From positions 4,469 through 68,468 of the IMG/VR virus record IMGVR_UViG_3300042806_000299: a stretch of DNA of 64,000 nucleotides. One strand, given 5' to 3'. Below are positions 1-8,220 of this stretch, piece after piece (position 1 is the stretch's first letter; each line of letters opens with the position of its first letter). Position numbers and translations under genes: made by a program. Source of the stretch: a virus. The notes under the pieces were generated by a model that worked only from the letters and a program-made list of their open reading frames with translations, did no database searches and was not told the DNA's origin.

Positions 1-1
1 A

Positions 2-200
2 TTCCCTGGAAGTTACTGCAGGAGAAGGATATGTAGATATTATGGCACCATCATCTATTACTGAACTATGGGGTACTGGCTATAAATCAATTGTTACAGA
101 ATTAACTTTTGATCTTCAAGTAACTATTGATGAAGATACAATTTGGACACCACTGATTGGAACTATCTCTGTAATTGGAGATATTACAGGTAGCCTATAA
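2..200 (+). CDS. 3' end of a BppU-like (baseplate upper protein N-terminal-like) virion protein, truncated by the window edge
   Basis: Open frame FPGVTAGEG...FDLQVTIDEDTIWTPLIGTISVIGDITGSL* read by hand; same D-[LIV]-[QE]-[VI]...[WY]-T...G-[ST]...D-[IVH] ending as ORFs 1857..2252 and 11279..11689. Confidence 0.5.
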   Translation, partial: SLEVTAGEGYVDIMAPSSITELWGTGYKSIVTELTFDLQVTIDEDTIWTPLIGTISVIGDITGSL

Positions 201-286
201 TGGCAGTAGTAAAAGTTACAACTCCTAGACCTGAGTTGCCACCAGTCATTAAAATCAAAAATAAAATATTTAAAGTAAATAAGTGA
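200..286 (+). CDS. 28-aa micro-ORF MAVVKVTTPRPELPPVIKIKNKIFKVNK
   Basis: Read by hand; TAATG stop/start overlap with the upstream gene; its TGA stop is the TGn of the next promoter. Confidence 0.55.
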   Translation: MAVVKVTTPRPELPPVIKIKNKIFKVNK

Positions 287-292
287 TATAAT
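284..292 (+). promoter_or_regulatory. extended -10 promoter (TGaTATAAT), leaderless start at 299
   Basis: 6 nt between TATAAT and ATG; no Shine-Dalgarno. Confidence 0.65.
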
Positions 293-298
293 CTAAAT

Positions 299-571
299 AT
301 GACAACTCATTCTCTTACAACTCTTAGTAACACTTCTGCTACACGTTTAACTCCAAACGGACTTCACTCTGGAATGGATATCACAATTCAAAATGTAGAT
401 TCTTCTGCATACGTATTTCTTGGAGGAGAAGGAGTAACAGCATCTGATTACGGATATAGACTTGCTCCTGGTTCAGCATGGTCTGTTGAATTACCTGGAC
501 TAGATGCAATATACGCAATTACAGACATAAACAATTCTAAAGTTGCATTATTAAAAACGGGACTTGAGTAA
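299..571 (+). CDS. hypothetical virion-associated protein (90 aa)
   Basis: ORF track; beta-rich composition; lies among structural genes. Confidence 0.5.
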   Translation: MTTHSLTTLSNTSATRLTPNGLHSGMDITIQNVDSSAYVFLGGEGVTASDYGYRLAPGSAWSVELPGLDAIYAITDINNSKVALLKTGLE

Positions 572-573
572 TT

Positions 574-1116
574 ATGGCACGTTTTACTACAACAGTTGGT
601 AGTGGAGAAGGAACACCAGGACCACAGGGTCCAGCAGGAGAAAACGGAACTAATGGAGCAGATGCTCTTTGGAACTTTGAAGGTGAATGGGTAAATGGAG
701 TTGACTATGCTCCTGGATCTGTAGTTCAATTTGAAGGATCATCTTACTATCACCCAAATGGTCAGTTTTCATCATATGCTCCTCCAGGATACGGATGGCT
801 ATTAATATCTGCTAAGGGTGATGCTGGAGAAAATGGTAACGATGGTGCTCCAGGAGCAACTGGTAGCCAAGGATTATACTACTTAGGAAATTATGTTTCA
901 GGTAATGGATATGTTGCAAACCTTGCTGTTGTAAAAGGAAGCGATAACAATCTATACATTGCAAAATCAAGTGGTGGATTAGGTGATCCAGTTGGAAATA
1001 GTGCAGAGTGGGATGTTTTTCTTCCAGGGTTTTTAGGTGGAGCAACAGGAACATTTACTTCTCAAGATAACAAAACAGTAACAGTAACTAACGGAATTAT
1101 TACAAGCATAATTTAA
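574..1116 (+). CDS. collagen-like (Gly-X-Y) fibre protein
   Basis: GTPGPQGPAGENGTNG and GDAGENGNDGAPGATGSQG triplets flanking small W/Y-rich modules. Confidence 0.7.
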   Translation: MARFTTTVGSGEGTPGPQGPAGENGTNGADALWNFEGEWVNGVDYAPGSVVQFEGSSYYHPNGQFSSYAPPGYGWLLISAKGDAGENGNDGAPGATGSQGLYYLGNYVSGNGYVANLAVVKGSDNNLYIAKSSGGLGDPVGNSAEWDVFLPGFLGGATGTFTSQDNKTVTVTNGIITSII

Positions 1117-1123
1117 AAAACCG

Positions 1124-1132
1124 TGAGATAAT
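1124..1132 (+). promoter_or_regulatory. extended -10 (TGaGATAAT), leaderless start at 1139
   Basis: 6-nt spacer to ATG. Confidence 0.5.
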
Positions 1133-1138
1133 CTTATC

Positions 1139-1849
1139 ATGGCTACCTCTAAATCTATGGACTTTCCAGGTGCAAACAAATCTTCTTACGCTGCACAAGT
1201 TCAACAAAGCGGTTATTCTGATAAAGGCAATACTTCATCATCATTCTTGCCAGTTCCTGGCCCAGAAGGGCCCCCAGGCCCTCAAGGACCTGCTGGAAGA
1301 AATGGTAAAGACGGTGAACAAGGACCACCTGGACCAAAAGGAGATCGTGGACTAAATGGTAAAAGTTCTTTATCTCCATCTGGGCAAACACCAGGATGGG
1401 CTTCTTATCATAATGGAATAGAAAAATCTTTTGGCCTTGGAATTTCAAAAGGAGATGATGGATGGGTAACAACCTATGTATTATCTGAAAACATGTCAAA
1501 CGAAAAATACTTACCAGAAAACTGTGCATCACTATGGAATGATCACGCAAGAGCATTTAATTTTAAAGGATTAAAAGAAGGCGCTCAGGTATTTATAACC
1601 TATAGTTTTGAATTAACAACATATAGTAGCAATACAGAGGCATGGATAAGAACATATTCACCAAACAGTGATTTGGATATTTCTCAATTTATAGGATCTA
1701 TGAAATATCAACATACTTACCCAATAACTGTTACTCAACAAATTTTTATAGAAAATCAAAAAATTTGGGGTAATGGAGCAGTTCCTCAAATTAGAACAGA
1801 CTATGATGCATCAGTAGTTATGAAATCTATATACGTCAGCGTGGTATAA
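1139..1849 (+). CDS. collagen-like protein with C-terminal globular domain
   Basis: GPEGPPGPQGPAGRNGKDGEQGPPGPKGDRGLNG run of Gly-X-Y triplets. Confidence 0.75.
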   Translation: MATSKSMDFPGANKSSYAAQVQQSGYSDKGNTSSSFLPVPGPEGPPGPQGPAGRNGKDGEQGPPGPKGDRGLNGKSSLSPSGQTPGWASYHNGIEKSFGLGISKGDDGWVTTYVLSENMSNEKYLPENCASLWNDHARAFNFKGLKEGAQVFITYSFELTTYSSNTEAWIRTYSPNSDLDISQFIGSMKYQHTYPITVTQQIFIENQKIWGNGAVPQIRTDYDASVVMKSIYVSVV

Positions 1850-1850
1850 T
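1842..1850 (+). promoter_or_regulatory. extended -10 (TGgTATAAT) overlapping the upstream stop; leaderless start at 1857
   Basis: GTG GTA TAA T = Val-Val-stop; 6 nt to ATG. Confidence 0.65.
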
Positions 1851-1856
1851 AAAACT

Positions 1857-2252
1857 ATGGCATTTCCAGGTACATTAAATATTAACTATTATAAAGGCGA
1901 CACCTATGAGTTTCGTATTTACCCAAAGACCTCACTTGGAGCATCTTTTGATTTAACTGGTTATGGTCAAATTGTAAATGGTCTTCAAACTGCAAAGTTT
2001 ACTATTTCTACATCCCGTGGATCTTCTGGAGTTTCTGGAAAGATTGAATGTCTTGCAGTAATAACAAGCGGAGTTTATGGAAATTATGTAACATGCACAA
2101 TTAGACCTGAAGATTCTTTAACAATGAACGCTGCAACACAATATGTTTATGACGTAGAAATAACAAAAACAGCATCGCCGTATAATTACGTGTATACATT
2201 GTTAACTGGATCAGTAACAGTCACGGATCACATTGCTGGGGCAATAGTTTAA
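1857..2252 (+). CDS. BppU-like virion structural protein
   Basis: N-terminal 'YKGDTYEF..' and C-terminal 'YVYDVEI...YTLLTGSVTV' pattern typical of this beta-sandwich family (by eye). Confidence 0.55.
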   Translation: MAFPGTLNINYYKGDTYEFRIYPKTSLGASFDLTGYGQIVNGLQTAKFTISTSRGSSGVSGKIECLAVITSGVYGNYVTCTIRPEDSLTMNAATQYVYDVEITKTASPYNYVYTLLTGSVTVTDHIAGAIV

Positions 2253-2827
2253 TGGCAGCAGATGTTCTTTTAACAACAGATGATCTAACTGTTCTTGGTG
2301 GTCCATCTAGTTTAAATTTAGAAATTGATTTCGGCCCAAAAGGTGATAGAGGAAGTCAAATATTTGTAAATCTTGGAAAACCAACAAATTCATTTGCTCC
2401 AGGAGCACAACTTTTTGATTTATATATTAATATACTAAGTTCAGATGATGAGTATCAATATGTTTATCAGTTTCAAAATATATTAGGCACAAACACATGG
2501 GTAAAACTCTTTAAATTAGTTTCAAATATTTATAGCAAAAACTACACTACTACAAGTTTTATAAATGGTGTTTGGTCAAAAAATATTCCAGTATCTGAAA
2601 TCCTTCCTGCCGAGTTTGTAGGGACTGCTTCGGCATCTGACTTTAACGTTCAATATAGCGTACTCAACGATAGCCCTTTGGCCTCATCTATATCTGTTGG
2701 AGAAATTGTATCAGTAAATGGAACCCTTTCTTTGCCAGTTACAATAAAAGCCACAGAATTTGACGGTACCAATTGGACTAATTTAAGTACTATTAAAGCA
2801 GTACATTTATTTATTACTGTGGTATAA
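2252..2827 (+). CDS. virion structural protein (GPKGDRGS linker)
   Basis: ORF track; TAATG coupling to the BppU-like gene. Confidence 0.5.
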   Translation: MAADVLLTTDDLTVLGGPSSLNLEIDFGPKGDRGSQIFVNLGKPTNSFAPGAQLFDLYINILSSDDEYQYVYQFQNILGTNTWVKLFKLVSNIYSKNYTTTSFINGVWSKNIPVSEILPAEFVGTASASDFNVQYSVLNDSPLASSISVGEIVSVNGTLSLPVTIKATEFDGTNWTNLSTIKAVHLFITVV

Positions 2828-2828
2828 T
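2820..2828 (+). promoter_or_regulatory. extended -10 (TGgTATAAT) overlapping the upstream stop; leaderless start at 2836
   Basis: Val-Val-stop again; 7 nt to ATG. Confidence 0.65.
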
Positions 2829-2835
2829 CTAAAGT

Positions 2836-3261
2836 ATGGCTTCTGAAAATATCGGATCAATTTATCCAACAAAAATACCAGGCTATGAGGATGCTGCAGA
2901 TATCCAAGCAGCCCTAAAGTTATATCATTACGGAACATCTAATGATATTACAAACGAATCTGAAATTATTCCAAACTCAGTTGTTGGCCATATTAAAGCA
3001 CTAGATACACGAATAGATTCAATTGAAACAAACGGTATTGGTTCTGCAGTTTTATCATCTATGCCAACAGGAATAGATAATGGTTATATTTGGGTAGACT
3101 CAACTGCATCAATAACAACAGATATTCGATACGCTATAGCATCATATCAAACATCACAGCCTACAAGTCCAACAACAGGTGCAATTTGGGTTGATTCGGA
3201 TTCATCTCCATTAAAAATGTATGTGTGGTCAGGTTCTGCCTGGAGAGAGATTGGTGCATAA
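2836..3261 (+). CDS. tail/fibre-associated protein
   Basis: Two short 'P..G.IWVDS' repeats and a terminal 'VWSGSAW' motif, as in phage fibre proteins. Confidence 0.55.
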   Translation: MASENIGSIYPTKIPGYEDAADIQAALKLYHYGTSNDITNESEIIPNSVVGHIKALDTRIDSIETNGIGSAVLSSMPTGIDNGYIWVDSTASITTDIRYAIASYQTSQPTSPTTGAIWVDSDSSPLKMYVWSGSAWREIGA

Positions 3262-3386
3262 TGCCTAAAGCAAAAACAACAGAAGAACAACTTCGTGAAA
3301 GCGGCATTGCAAAATTAGTTTTATCAACTGGAATTACAGAAGCAGAATTAAGAGCATTGGGGATAACATCAGATGGCAACAATTAA
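3261..3386 (+). CDS. 41-aa micro-ORF MPKAKTTEEQLRESGIAKLVLSTGITEAELRALGITSDGNN
   Basis: Read by hand; TAATG overlap upstream; fills the gap to 3373 and overlaps it. Confidence 0.65.
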   Translation: MPKAKTTEEQLRESGIAKLVLSTGITEAELRALGITSDGNN

Positions 3387-4002
3387 TTCAGATGGAAAAG
3401 TAGCATATATATATAACGAAACAAATGATACTTGGTATGCTATAGGTGGAGCAGTAAATACTAATGCTGAGTACACTTGGAATGCAGATCAGGAATTTAA
3501 CTCTGTTGTAACTTTTGATACCGTTGTAAATGCAAAAGCAGGAATAAATAATTATCAAAATCCAACGGCAAGAAATACTGCTATTCCATCACCAACAAAT
3601 GGTATTGTATGTTTTGTTAGACAAGAAGATTCTGGAACAGTTATTAATCAACTTCAATATTATTATAATGGTGAGTGGAGATTTATTAATGACTCAGTTG
3701 ATTTTCTTGCAAAAACAGCAGATTATACAATTGCAAAAGCAGATGCTGGAAAAACTATATCTGTTACATCTTTAACTGATGTAGTAATTACAATACCAAC
3801 AAATAGTACAACTCCATTTGTTATTGGTCAAAAAATTGAAATACTTAGAAATGGTTCTGGAAATGTTAGTGTTGCAGGAGCAGTTGGAGTTATTCTTAAT
3901 AGCAAAAATTCAAATAAAAAAATTGCAGCACAATACTCAGGTGCAGTAATTTCAAAAATAGATACCAACACCTGGATTCTTATTGGCGATTTGACGGAGT
4001 AG
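3373..4002 (+). CDS. tail fibre/adaptor protein with a C-terminal 'W..IGDL' beta domain
   Basis: C-terminal ~95 aa align by eye with the C-terminus of 14798..16021. Confidence 0.6.
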   Translation: MATINSDGKVAYIYNETNDTWYAIGGAVNTNAEYTWNADQEFNSVVTFDTVVNAKAGINNYQNPTARNTAIPSPTNGIVCFVRQEDSGTVINQLQYYYNGEWRFINDSVDFLAKTADYTIAKADAGKTISVTSLTDVVITIPTNSTTPFVIGQKIEILRNGSGNVSVAGAVGVILNSKNSNKKIAAQYSGAVISKIDTNTWILIGDLTE

Positions 4003-4009
4003 GTTCCAA

Positions 4010-4870
4010 ATGTTAAATTTTGGCCTATGGTCTTCTTCAAAAGGTATGGTCAAAGTACCAAATCTATCAACTTTAACTATGGAAGAAGCGGTGCCTTTAT
4101 TAGAAAGCATTGGATTATTTTCTGCAATTATATCAACACCAGTTACAACAAATGATCAAAGTTTAAATAATAAAATAGCCTATCAATCAATTTCTGCTGA
4201 AACTTTAGTTAGTTATGAAACTGTTATAAGTATTCAGTCTTATTCTTATGTTGTTACACCTACCCCAGTAGCGCCTACACCAGTACCAACACCAGCACCT
4301 ACTCCAGCACCTACACCTACTCCAACACCCACACCTACTCCAGTAGCATGTGACTACCTTGATGCTCCTACATATTGTTTAAATGTTGATGCTCAAGGAT
4401 ACGGAGATTCTTATCAAACATCTTGGACACCTGGATGCCCAGATGTTTATCTAGGAAGAAGTTTTTGTGGAATTCCTGCACCAACACCAGTAGCACCTAC
4501 TCCAGTACCTACTCCAGCACCTACTCCAGCACCTACTCCAGTGGCATCATATTGTGTGGACGACGACGCAACCAGTTGTATAGGATATGATTTATATCAA
4601 AATAGATACGACGCAACATATCAAGGCGCTAATTGCCCACCAAGACTTATAGAAACTAATTCTGTAAACTGTGGATATGTAGCACCAACACCAGCACCTA
4701 CACCAGTAGCGCCTACACCAGTACCAACACCAGCACCTACTCCAGCACCTACACCTACTCCAGTAGCACAAAATTGTAGTGGCACCTACTATGTTTATGA
4801 TGAGCCACGGTGCGGTGGTTATGCAAGTATTTACAATACTTGTGGAGTATTCCTTGGATGTAATGACTAG
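4010..4870 (+). CDS. PASTA-domain protein with three Pro/Thr/Ala linkers and three 4-Cys modules
   Basis: VKVPNLSTLTMEEAVPLLESIGL...KIAYQSISAETLV matches the PASTA pattern VPnl.g.t..eA...L...GL...V..Q.p.agt.v; PTPVAPTPVPTPAPTP repeats. Confidence 0.7.
   Translation: MLNFGLWSSSKGMVKVPNLSTLTMEEAVPLLESIGLFSAIISTPVTTNDQSLNNKIAYQSISAETLVSYETVISIQSYSYVVTPTPVAPTPVPTPAPTPAPTPTPTPTPTPVACDYLDAPTYCLNVDAQGYGDSYQTSWTPGCPDVYLGRSFCGIPAPTPVAPTPVPTPAPTPAPTPVASYCVDDDATSCIGYDLYQNRYDATYQGANCPPRLIETNSVNCGYVAPTPAPTPVAPTPVPTPAPTPAPTPTPVAQNCSGTYYVYDEPRCGGYASIYNTCGVFLGCND
4265..4762 (+). repeat. exact 60-nt direct repeat (4265-4324 and 4703-4762) within the Pro/Thr linker coding region
   Basis: ccagtagcgcctacaccagtaccaacaccagcacctactccagcacctacacctactcca present twice, compared base by base. 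Confidence 0.9.
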
Positions 4871-4878
4871 AGATAAGG

Positions 4879-4884
4879 TATACT
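4879..4884 (+). promoter_or_regulatory. -10 box (TATACT), leaderless start at 4892
   Basis: 7 nt to ATG; no SD. Confidence 0.5.
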
Positions 4885-4891
4885 AATTACT

Positions 4892-5284
4892 ATGAGAAAA
4901 GATTTTTTTGCTAATATAGATGGAGATAAAATAAAGTTTTTTTCTATTGAGTTAGATGCTGATGGAACTGTTATAGATGATTTACAAGACGATAAAGACT
5001 ATGCACTTTCAAACAATCCAACCGCTTTAAATATAACTCATTTAAATTATTTTCCAGCAAGAAAAAGTGTTTGGGATGGATCATCTTTTATTGCCCCAGA
5101 AGGTGAAGACCACAAACCTGCATGTAATCCATTAGATCTTTGTGTAGATGGTTGTGAATCTATTGCTTTTATTGTTAATAATGTTTATTATGGCGGTATA
5201 GGATATTGCGTAGGAGTGGCCACTAATGATATGCTTATTGCTGCATTAAGTAGTAATCCCGAAATAACTTTTGAAATAGTTTAG
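4892..5284 (+). CDS. hypothetical protein, possibly a fibre-assembly chaperone
   Basis: WDGSSF motif reminiscent of Tfa-type chaperones; internal ALS[NS]NP duplication; 4 Cys. Confidence 0.35.
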   Translation: MRKDFFANIDGDKIKFFSIELDADGTVIDDLQDDKDYALSNNPTALNITHLNYFPARKSVWDGSSFIAPEGEDHKPACNPLDLCVDGCESIAFIVNNVYYGGIGYCVGVATNDMLIAALSSNPEITFEIV

Positions 5285-5293
5285 GAGTTTGGT

Positions 5294-5536
5294 ATGGTAG
5301 AAGAAAATTTATCCCCTTATCAAAAATGGAAAAAAAATCTTGGAGAAACAAGACCTTGGGATCTTGCAAATCCTAATGCAGAATGGGCAGACGAAAAAAA
5401 AGCAACAGATAGATACTCCATATGTAAGTCTTGTCCAGAACTTATTAAACTAACAAAGCAGTGTAAAAAGTGTGGATGTCTAATGCATTTAAAAACAAAA
5501 CTAGAAAAAGCAGTATGTCCATTAGGTAAGTGGTAA
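5294..5536 (+). CDS. small Cys-rich metal-binding protein (DUF6171-like)
   Basis: R..ICKSC...QCKKCGCLM..KTKL....CPLGKW signature. Confidence 0.65.
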   Translation: MVEENLSPYQKWKKNLGETRPWDLANPNAEWADEKKATDRYSICKSCPELIKLTKQCKKCGCLMHLKTKLEKAVCPLGKW

Positions 5537-5537
5537 A

Positions 5538-6128
5538 ATGAAAACTCCTTATTTATTAAAAACAGTATTTCCACCAGCAGAACATTTAGAGTTGCAAAAT
5601 CTAGCAATGAACTTATGGTCAACAGACAAGAGTACTTATGATGAATCGTTTGGTAGACACCAATGGACAATTTGGGACAATACTCACGGTACAAATATAG
5701 AGCCACTTAGAAAGTTTCATGAAATGTTATTACCTTTGGCAAGAGAAGAATTTGAATCAGAAACTTTATTGCCATCATGGTGTGTGCTAAGTATTTATGA
5801 AGGTGATAAAGCAAAACTTTGGAAACACAAAGACGACAACGCTTGTACATATCATATAAACTACACGATTTTTCATAAAACACCTTGGGATTTTTATGTT
5901 GAGGGTATAAAGTTTGAAGCAGAAGAAAATGATGCAGTTATATCATATGGCAATGATCAACAACATTGGAGAGAAGATTTTCCAAATCCAAAAACTAATT
6001 TGGTTGCCAATGCATTCTTTTTTTATACAGAGCCAGATCACTGGTTTTTTAAACATGGTCCTCAATATTTATACACAGACATTAGAAAAACAAATACTAA
6101 AGAAAAGCCCAAAATAGAAACTATGTAA
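5538..6128 (+). CDS. 2OG-Fe(II) oxygenase (phage prolyl-hydroxylase-like)
   Basis: H-x-D in LWKHKDD, distal His in QQHWRE, DSBH-like strand pattern. Confidence 0.75.
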   Translation: MKTPYLLKTVFPPAEHLELQNLAMNLWSTDKSTYDESFGRHQWTIWDNTHGTNIEPLRKFHEMLLPLAREEFESETLLPSWCVLSIYEGDKAKLWKHKDDNACTYHINYTIFHKTPWDFYVEGIKFEAEENDAVISYGNDQQHWREDFPNPKTNLVANAFFFYTEPDHWFFKHGPQYLYTDIRKTNTKEKPKIETM

Positions 6129-7160
6129 ATGGATAAGTTATTTTTTCAACTATATAATCCTACAGGCTTAATAAATCAGGTAATGAGTCTTGAATTAGCA
6201 ACTGGACTATCTCATGAATTAAATGTGCCAGCAATAATTCACTATACACAATATACTGCAGACAAAAAACTTTATAATACTGACAATATTCCAATTTATA
6301 CTCCTAGTAGATTTCACAATAAGCAAAGAGAGGGTTTTACAAATCCAGATCAGTATCCTCACTTGCTAGATCTTATGGATTTTGATTCAAACTTAGTTTT
6401 TATTAATGAAAAAATAGATAGTTTTAAACAAGAAGAGTTAGTTATTGATGATATTTTAAATAATTTTTATTATAGTAGTCATCAAGATTTTTCTGATGAT
6501 GAAAAGTATTTTGCAGAGGGAAGAAAAAGACTTCCACTAGACAAAATACTTCACCTAAAACTAACTCTAGGATGGTATTCAAGATTTTTTTACAAAAGAA
6601 GCAACAGTCTTAACAAAGCAATATCTTCAGTTAAATTTAAACAAGAATACTTTGATTTAGCAAATAAAATATATCACTCAATAGGACATTTTCAAGGAAT
6701 GCATTTAAGGCTTTCAGATCATGTTAAAATGTTTGAAACAAAGCAAGAAATGTTTGAGTCATGGCTAGATAAGTTTGCACAAAACAATCTTCCAATAGTT
6801 GTAACAACATGTCAGCCAGGACACAAAATGATTCAAGACAACAAGCACAGGTTTATATTGCTAGATGAATACATTGTAAATAATTTTAGAGATGAATTTA
6901 TGTCTTTGCCATTTCAAGACGAAGTTGTGTTTGGTATTATTTGTAATCTAGTAATGCATAATGCTACAAATTTTGTTGGTACATCAGGAAGCACATACAC
7001 TGCCTATATACATAGAAATAGAAATCAGAAAGGAAATGAAACCTGGGACTTTTTTGACAATCCTCAAAAAGCAACAGGACAACCATATTCTTGGAATAAC
7101 CATGAACTTGAGAATGGAAGAAAAATGTGGTGGAGAGAGTGGGCAGAATCAAAATGCTAA
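6129..7160 (+). CDS. GDP-sugar-dependent glycosyltransferase, O-fucosyltransferase (POFUT/NodZ-like, GT-B) family
   Basis: N-terminal GLINQ, H-x-R-x-x-D (GMHLRLSDH), C-terminal FVGTSGSTYT: the three conserved O-FucT motifs. Confidence 0.75.
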   Translation: MDKLFFQLYNPTGLINQVMSLELATGLSHELNVPAIIHYTQYTADKKLYNTDNIPIYTPSRFHNKQREGFTNPDQYPHLLDLMDFDSNLVFINEKIDSFKQEELVIDDILNNFYYSSHQDFSDDEKYFAEGRKRLPLDKILHLKLTLGWYSRFFYKRSNSLNKAISSVKFKQEYFDLANKIYHSIGHFQGMHLRLSDHVKMFETKQEMFESWLDKFAQNNLPIVVTTCQPGHKMIQDNKHRFILLDEYIVNNFRDEFMSLPFQDEVVFGIICNLVMHNATNFVGTSGSTYTAYIHRNRNQKGNETWDFFDNPQKATGQPYSWNNHELENGRKMWWREWAESKC

Positions 7161-7231
7161 AAAGAATTGTTTATAAATTTAGAATGTGGAAAAAATACAG
7201 AAAAATTAAAAAAGGTGGGTACACATACTAA
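7154..7231 (+). CDS. 25-aa basic micro-ORF MLKRIVYKFRMWKKYRKIKKGGYTY
   Basis: Read by hand; ATG overlaps the upstream stop and its TAA overlaps the next ATG, exactly bridging the gap. Confidence 0.5.
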   Translation: MLKRIVYKFRMWKKYRKIKKGGYTY

Positions 7232-8178
7232 TGCTGTTTGATATATTTAACCCAAGAGTTATTCCTTATTGTGGAATCAATAGAAAATATCCTAACACAA
7301 ATTATTCTGCTACTAATGCAGTATTAGCATCACATTCAGAAATAGAAAGACCAGAATATAATTATGTATGGAATAGTGACGGACTAAGATCTGTAGAATT
7401 TTCTACAAATCCAGAAGTTGTAGTTTTAGGATGCTCATTGACATTAGGACAGGGAATGCCAGAAAACCTTAGATGGTCTAATATTCTTTCAAACAAAATT
7501 AATAAACCTATTGGAAACATATCTTATTCTGGAGCATCTGCAAATCTATTGGTGTCAAGTTTTTTTGGAATGATTCATCAGTACAAATATAAACCAAAAG
7601 TAGTCCTTGCACATTTTGCTAACTTTGAAAGATTTTATTTTATTAGTCAAGATGCTAATTCAATGCATATGTGGCACATTGATCATAAAGAGAAAAAAAC
7701 AAAAGCATCGGCTCCTTGGGACTATGAAGAAATTTTGCCATATGAGTGGGTCTATTATCAAAATCTAGATCATATTAAAATGCTAGAGGCTTTTTGTGAA
7801 TCTAATGATATTAAATTAATTTGGACTACATGGTCAAATAGATTAACAGAAAAAGAAGAAAAATTTTTAAAAAATAATTTTAGACATTACGTTACAGACA
7901 CAACAAAAACACAATTTCCTACAGCCTTTGAGTTTGGATGTAATCCAGAAAATATATCTGGATTGCCTCTTTATTTTGAAATGATAAATTGGCAGGGATG
8001 CCATAAAGAATATAAAGATAAATATCCAGACATATTTGAACACGCATATGACTACCATAAAATCCCCTATAACTATGGACGGCTAAAAGGTCCTGGAGCA
8101 CATTGGCCACATCCTGGACTACACAGACATTTACATGTTTCTGAGTTTTGGGAAAAACAAATATCTGGTTTAGTTTAA
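7231..8178 (+). CDS. SGNH/GDSL-like hydrolase or O-acyltransferase
   Basis: Block I VVVLGCSLTLGQG, block II NISYSGAS, C-terminal x-H-P-G (WPHPG). Confidence 0.6.
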   Translation: MLFDIFNPRVIPYCGINRKYPNTNYSATNAVLASHSEIERPEYNYVWNSDGLRSVEFSTNPEVVVLGCSLTLGQGMPENLRWSNILSNKINKPIGNISYSGASANLLVSSFFGMIHQYKYKPKVVLAHFANFERFYFISQDANSMHMWHIDHKEKKTKASAPWDYEEILPYEWVYYQNLDHIKMLEAFCESNDIKLIWTTWSNRLTEKEEKFLKNNFRHYVTDTTKTQFPTAFEFGCNPENISGLPLYFEMINWQGCHKEYKDKYPDIFEHAYDYHKIPYNYGRLKGPGAHWPHPGLHRHLHVSEFWEKQISGLV

Positions 8179-8220
8179 AATATTGCCATATACTTTAGTT
8201 AAGGTTATTGTGAGGAAGTA

